From a virus (taxonomy: Duplodnaviria > Caudoviricetes): 64,000 nt of DNA. This document shows positions 60,201-64,000 of the stretch, one piece after another. How positions within the stretch are numbered: the first letter of the stretch is position 1; the number at the start of each line of letters is the position of its first letter. The stretch is from IMG/VR virus record IMGVR_UViG_3300016486_001578. One strand, given 5' to 3'. The notes below the pieces were generated by a model that ran no database searches, was not told the DNA's origin, and was given only the letters and a program-made list of their open reading frames with translations. The translations under genes and the position numbers were made by a program.

Positions 60201-62284
60201 GTATAATATGTTGCTGTTGTATTATATGACCAATCATTGTCTAATGGTGTTGATACAAAAGCAGACATTTCAATTCCTCTTTTATAGAAACTATTTCCTA
60301 TTGACACATCTCCTTCATAAAAATCAACATACTCTGTCCAAGTTGATAATTTAAACCTTTTATTGAAAAAGTTAAGCGGGAATCTAGACTCATCATTTAG
60401 TTTTAATTTAAGATAAAAGTTATCACCGATTTTTAATTTATTATAGCTATCTTCAGATATATAAAATTTATATATTTTATGTGTTACTTTTGGTATTCCT
60501 GATATTAAATTTGCTGCTAATTCATCATATCCTAATATTTCTATATTCTCATCACTTAAATATTTAGAATCTTTTATTAATGACTCTCTATAGTTTGAAT
60601 TTATAGATTTTATATTATCAAATTTTGAATTATCTGATCTAGAATTTATTACATCAGTGTTTTTTATATAACCAGTTTCTAACAAACTATTTATTATAAC
60701 ACCACCATTTATATTAAATGTGTAATTGCTTTGTGTTCCTAATTCATGATTTTCTAATATAGAATATGTTACCCCGTTTCCTAATATAGAATTATATATC
60801 GTTCCATTATTAAATATTATATCATTTATATCAGAATCTATAACATAATTATAACCCCACCCATTATTGTTTGGTGCTCTTAATTTTTGATATGGTAAAT
60901 CATCTTTAAACTCTGATACATGACTATCAGGTAGAGTATAAATAGAATCCATGGTCCCGGATTCCCAATTCGCATTCATTAATGTTCCTAAGTTCCAGGT
61001 GGCTGGGTATCCTTCCCATTTTATTCTTTTGTCTTGTGTTCCAAAAATACCAGAGTTCCAATCTCCTTTGAAATTACCTTCTCTAAAGTTACTTTTAGAT
61101 ATAAAGGCCTCATCATATTCTTTGTTTATCACCCATTTTGATGATAATTCGTCATATTTATATACTTTTCCTTCTTTGAATTCAACTACCTCACCACTCA
61201 TTGAGTATGTTAAATTTCCGTTGTTTATTCTAAGGTTGCCATTTGTGATGTATGATGTGTTTAGAGCATCTGAATAAGATCCCACTATTAAGTCTGATGT
61301 TATATCCATCCAAACTTGCTCATCATCTTTTACAAAAAAACCATCAGATGGTATTCCACCATTTGCTCCCCATCCACCAATTGGGGCATAACTTGTGTTT
61401 GAATAAACTATATTATTGTGATTTTTATTAAATTTATAACTAAATGAAGCACCCCTTGTTGTTATTTGTTGGTTAAAATATTTATAATCATCTTCATTAT
61501 CAATTATATATAAGTTTATGAAATTATCGACCTCATCATACTTAAATGGTGACTCTCCGGTATAGTCTATATCTAGTGCTATTTTACACTTATCTATGAA
61601 TAAAACTTTGTAACCATCTCTTTTTGCTCTGTATTTATTCTCTTCAATTAAAGAACCACTATCATAATTTCCATTTAATATAAATACTCTATCACCTTCT
61701 TTTAATCCGGTATTAACTTCTGTGTAAAATAATGTCTTATCAAATCCTTTATATTTATAAGGCTCTACCCAATTTAATAATCTAGGACTACTTGATTTAT
61801 CATTTTCTATTTTTAGACCATCAAATGGGTCATTTATATTCTCTATTGTTTTATTTGGTGAAATGTCTTTTACACCAACTAAATTTATGTTATTTCCAAA
61901 TTTAAACATATCCAATGCACTTAATAGGCTTGGTTTCTTTAAAATTATTTCCCTTAGTGTCGGTTTTTTAAATGGTATATATGTTATGTTATTTATCTTG
62001 GTTTTACCTATGATTATACTTAGTGCGTCATCTTGGTATTTTAGGTTTTTCAAATCTAATCTAGTCTTGTCTAACCTATTTTTATCATCATTATAATTAA
62101 CCAGTTCATTTAGTGATAAGTTAAATATTTTTGATATCCTTCTTAGTAAGAAATTATTAGGTAATATTATACCCTTTTCTATTCTAACGTATCTTTTTTT
62201 GAACATTTTGAGACTATTGGACATCTCTTTTATAGAAATATTCTTACTCTCTCTTATTTTCTTAATATTTGAACCGATTGACAT
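57233..62284 (-). CDS. 1683-aa protein: N-terminal XRE-type HTH fused to a WxxG/FxxG-repeat virion-like body
   Basis: IGSNIKKIRESKNISIKEMS...IEKG...P....L.RISKIFNLSLNELV followed by many W/FxxG pentapeptides. Confidence 0.7.
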   Translation of the reverse strand: MSIGSNIKKIRESKNISIKEMSNSLKMFKKRYVRIEKGIILPNNFLLRRISKIFNLSLNELVNYNDDKNRLDKTRLDLKNLKYQDDALSIIIGKTKINNITYIPFKKPTLREIILKKPSLLSALDMFKFGNNINLVGVKDISPNKTIENINDPFDGLKIENDKSSSPRLLNWVEPYKYKGFDKTLFYTEVNTGLKEGDRVFILNGNYDSGSLIEENKYRAKRDGYKVLFIDKCKIALDIDYTGESPFKYDEVDNFINLYIIDNEDDYKYFNQQITTRGASFSYKFNKNHNNIVYSNTSYAPIGGWGANGGIPSDGFFVKDDEQVWMDITSDLIVGSYSDALNTSYITNGNLRINNGNLTYSMSGEVVEFKEGKVYKYDELSSKWVINKEYDEAFISKSNFREGNFKGDWNSGIFGTQDKRIKWEGYPATWNLGTLMNANWESGTMDSIYTLPDSHVSEFKDDLPYQKLRAPNNNGWGYNYVIDSDINDIIFNNGTIYNSILGNGVTYSILENHELGTQSNYTFNINGGVIINSLLETGYIKNTDVINSRSDNSKFDNIKSINSNYRESLIKDSKYLSDENIEILGYDELAANLISGIPKVTHKIYKFYISEDSYNKLKIGDNFYLKLKLNDESRFPLNFFNKRFKLSTWTEYVDFYEGDVSIGNSFYKRGIEMSAFVSTPLDNDWSYNTTATYYTKVIEENLEKKYSIDIFVSIVDIDSNPISGGVNSPSSEISNYGLELNNDISLSATSSNTLTNKIRNIVDISNASIVNADFESGKIETSDWISGDHIEFNNDVVMWDGLSQNGEYNITPITSSSILEITTNSGFSSGNFESTTDSLKKGNIVYLNNVYYEDNTGNMTKLGDTYKINNDDFKITGILSIKEIKTNIISTLLDTSGTFSSPDTNIRYGYVHSTKIDSSKIKSGIFRRSYITNSLIENDDFITTRALPMNSDSIKSLVVSDSLFKDTGNILSKSTYLHSSFNNGSDEFKNGVVFRSIWKGLTFSNGIFRESTWFNGTFDDGIFYDNRSFNGLPNTKYGYYDMDRIKSYYKSGETTSANNRYSWRNGWFNGGNMLKSDWENGTFVGGKFAYSKFYNGEIHGGIIGDKNIRSIDTSIYNAYIEYTTVENANILASDVSEYGLSGSTIFWNDGVFNDGVFGTNYGVYFINWYSDDTNNLDKLNEYSLNFNFGTFNNTGNISYYLKIYTDIFELDTPMTNVNELIDAIINSYGFIESEINGTTLNLTLPFICGDLEFLVYENGSLINTFPFNVVNTYKDTLNVYLNNNTSTSATVNNSIALPIKFGNFKRNANFWSIVDGGSGSISINQAIFLDGTNFTIADDSGVYEQSSYVQFKKKKSGNEATWNNGSFNGGEFISMAKWENGTFNGGKFTSGYGWTNSNSISDGASYSWRNGTFNDGIFGNESTGTNSTWFEGTFNGGKFVGRVWNRGEFKYGYFNGSGTTSAHGGSSPSDNASIFVNSFTQSYYGLWRDGSVSDVDDKSNKIKRTKKEAIFENALWLSGDFKHDNSYFRNSVWLDGIFKRGNFIESSFNPYVLRNGSFSPSFNLDDSTCYWENGKLNNSDFYISHWRNGVFDIGSSYGMIWENGICEYMNAFNIFWKNGIWKNGNWNGSYVSYDGMVDDDFQRELIFRGMSWSENSNCHLWNIFQESGTQYSYFGGNSTGLSA

Positions 62285-62369
62285 TTATGAAGGAACTTTT
62301 TGTTATATATTATATTTCAATTAGTTTCTATGAAACATAAACAATTTGTAGTATATTTGTATAAAAATT

Positions 62370-62501
62370 ATGGACTTTAAAAAATTATTAAATAAGTGGA
62401 ATATAAATTGTGATATCAATTTAATCCTATCTATGTGGAATGAGCCAAATAGACACTATCATAATTTAACACACCTCTATGAGTGCATCATTATAAATTG
62501 A
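62370..62501 (+). pseudogene. Truncated 5' fragment of an HD-superfamily phosphohydrolase
   Basis: MDFKK...WNEPNRHYHNLTHL (EPxRxYHxLxH motif), with a stop before any HD dyad. Confidence 0.55.
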
Positions 62502-62792
62502 TTTTTCATCTTTTATAATATCATCATATAATTTTTTTGCTGATTTTAAAACCTCCTCTCCTCTTTTGTAGGGATCTGGTCCAAGATCAAATTTGAATTT
62601 TTCTTGGACTTCAGACCACTTAGTTCGTTTATTGGTGTTATTATCAATAAAGTCATACATATCGACACAATGTATGTCAACCTTGAGTCCTTTTGTGCTT
62701 GTGACGTAGTTATCTTCATCATCTAGATATGAGTATGCTCCATCATAATATCCTGGCTTAGGCTCTACCGAAATAGGTATTCCACCGTGCAT
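62466..62792 (-). CDS. Hypothetical protein, possibly 3'-truncated
   Basis: 108-aa ORF with PGYYDG motif; overlaps the HD fragment convergently. Confidence 0.55.
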   Translation of the reverse strand: MHGGIPISVEPKPGYYDGAYSYLDDEDNYVTSTKGLKVDIHCVDMYDFIDNNTNKRTKWSEVQEKFKFDLGPDPYKRGEEVLKSAKKLYDDIIKDEKSIYNDALIEVC

Positions 62793-62851
62793 TCTTTATT
62801 AGAATACAAATATATATATATTTATATTGAGTATTCCTAATTTTGTTCAAT

Positions 62852-63256
62852 TTATTTTAATAATTCTGAAACTAATCTATTAACAAGTCCTCTATCCGCA
62901 GGTAAATTTGCAAATTCTTTCATGAATTGACCCATATTTTTAGCACCAGATTCGTGTAATGAGTTAACTTTTTCACGAATTTCATCTTCTGTCATTTGTT
63001 TTGGTAAATAACTTTCGATTATACTAAGCTCTAAAATTGACTTTTCATCATTAGAAATGGAAATGGTTTCTTTTAGAGATTTTCCCAATTTATTTAAAAT
63101 TTTAGTAACTTCTCTATCAGATAGTCCCTCAGATCTCTTATTTTTCTCAATAGTTTGTATTTCTGCTTTAACAACAGAAAGTAAACTCTTCTTAACCATT
63201 TCTCTGCTCTTAAAAGCAACTATGAAATCTTTGTTAATTTTTTCTTTTAAAGTCAT
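62852..63256 (-). CDS. yqeY: GatB/YqeY domain protein
   Basis: LKEKINKD...AFK...ELSIIESYLPKQMTEDEI...MGQFM. Confidence 0.88.
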   Translation of the reverse strand: MTLKEKINKDFIVAFKSREMVKKSLLSVVKAEIQTIEKNKRSEGLSDREVTKILNKLGKSLKETISISNDEKSILELSIIESYLPKQMTEDEIREKVNSLHESGAKNMGQFMKEFANLPADRGLVNRLVSELLK

Positions 63257-63302
63257 TTTATTTTATTTTATTTGTTTATTAATTAAAAAATATAAAAGTT
63301 TG

Positions 63303-63600
63303 GAACTTCTAATAAGGTTGGTCGGAATCCTAGAACCTTCTAATTAATGTATAATTAGAATTTAATCCTTATTTTTTAGTGAACTAATCACTTGGAATTA
63401 CCTTTTAATGGCTTTCGCCTTCTTTAAGTAGTGTTACCATTCTACTAATCTTTAACTTTTATACGTTGGAATTATTTCTATATTATATCATTATTATACT
63501 CAAACACCAACATATCTGAGCACCACACCTTTCTATCTTATCTTTCCACGGGAAATGGCACTCCTGAATGTAGGAATCCAAAAACCCGCCAAGGTAGTTC
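63303..63600 (-). ncRNA. Candidate ~300-nt structured non-coding RNA
   Basis: No credible ORF; minus-strand ends pair (GAACT/AGTTC; TTGGCGGGTTTTTGGA/TCTAGGATTCCGACCAA); GGC-GAAA-GCC hairpin; TATCTTTG promoter element upstream. Confidence 0.45.
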
Positions 63601-63731
63601 ATTGTTTTTTATTAAAGTGTGTTAATTTATTTACCAACTACTTACTACCATTTCGTATTCTTATACAAAGATACACCAAAAGTTTCTAATAAAAAATAAA
63701 AAAGGATTTATTTTTCTTAATATATAATAAT

Positions 63732-64000
63732 ATGAAATTTTTATCAGTATATGAGGCATTTAAATCGAATACGCTATCTAAAGTACAGAAATTTATTAAA
63801 AAAAATCTAGACAAAAGAGCTGGTGATTTGTTCCTTGATCAAATAAAATCAATGGGACATAAACTAGATTTACCAATTAGTGAGATTGAAGAAAATGATA
63901 TAACTTATTTAAATTCTAGCTTAGCAAAAAAGGTAAAAATACCCGAGGGGTGGGTTGGCTCGGGTGATGATGCTATCTATGCTATTAAATTTTGGTTTTC
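63732..64000 (+). CDS. Hypothetical protein, runs off the window end
   Basis: MKFLSVYEAFKSN... open to 64000; TAATATATA at 63718. Confidence 0.65.
   Translation, partial: MKFLSVYEAFKSNTLSKVQKFIKKNLDKRAGDLFLDQIKSMGHKLDLPISEIEENDITYLNSSLAKKVKIPEGWVGSGDDAIYAIKFWF

Noticed and set aside
63303-63600. tmRNA, RNase P, SRP RNA or tRNA identity; also a 39-codon minus-strand ORF MNYLGGF...
   Set aside because: No diagnostic motifs (no T-arm GTTCRA with acceptor stem, no GAGGAAAGTCC), and the ORF composition is unlike the phage's genes.

Overview
AT-rich 64-kb segment of a large, T4-like/jumbo dsDNA bacteriophage read in the standard genetic code. It probably infects Bacteroidota: it carries bS21, an Hc1-like protein and TAnnTTTG promoter elements, and has A-rich ribosome-binding regions without an obvious Shine-Dalgarno. 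It encodes replication/recombination genes (gp41/DnaB-like helicase, NrdA, RecA/UvsX, SbcC/gp46, RuvC-like nuclease, ligase-like protein, DNA methyltransferase), auxiliary genes (PhoH, DnaJ, YqeY, NUDIX, peptidase) and large virion-type proteins. The most striking feature is a set of fractured essential genes carrying four split inteins. The helicase and SbcC are each in two pieces, with atypically split inteins around a free-standing endonuclease. NrdA is in three pieces, joined by two split inteins plus an ORF-less group I intron (7346-7643) that lies 9 nt from the first intein junction, and that first intein has a non-canonical Gly at +1. Other signals: two end-paired structured RNA candidates (Y-RNA-like) before a truncated Ro60/TROVE-like start; a ~3-kb apparently foreign LamG cassette; a ~300-nt structured RNA candidate near the right end; a shared capsid-targeting-like N-terminal peptide on about 14 unrelated ORFs; and a TAATATATA putative late-promoter motif. 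All calls come from reading motifs by eye; no database searches or folding programs were run.
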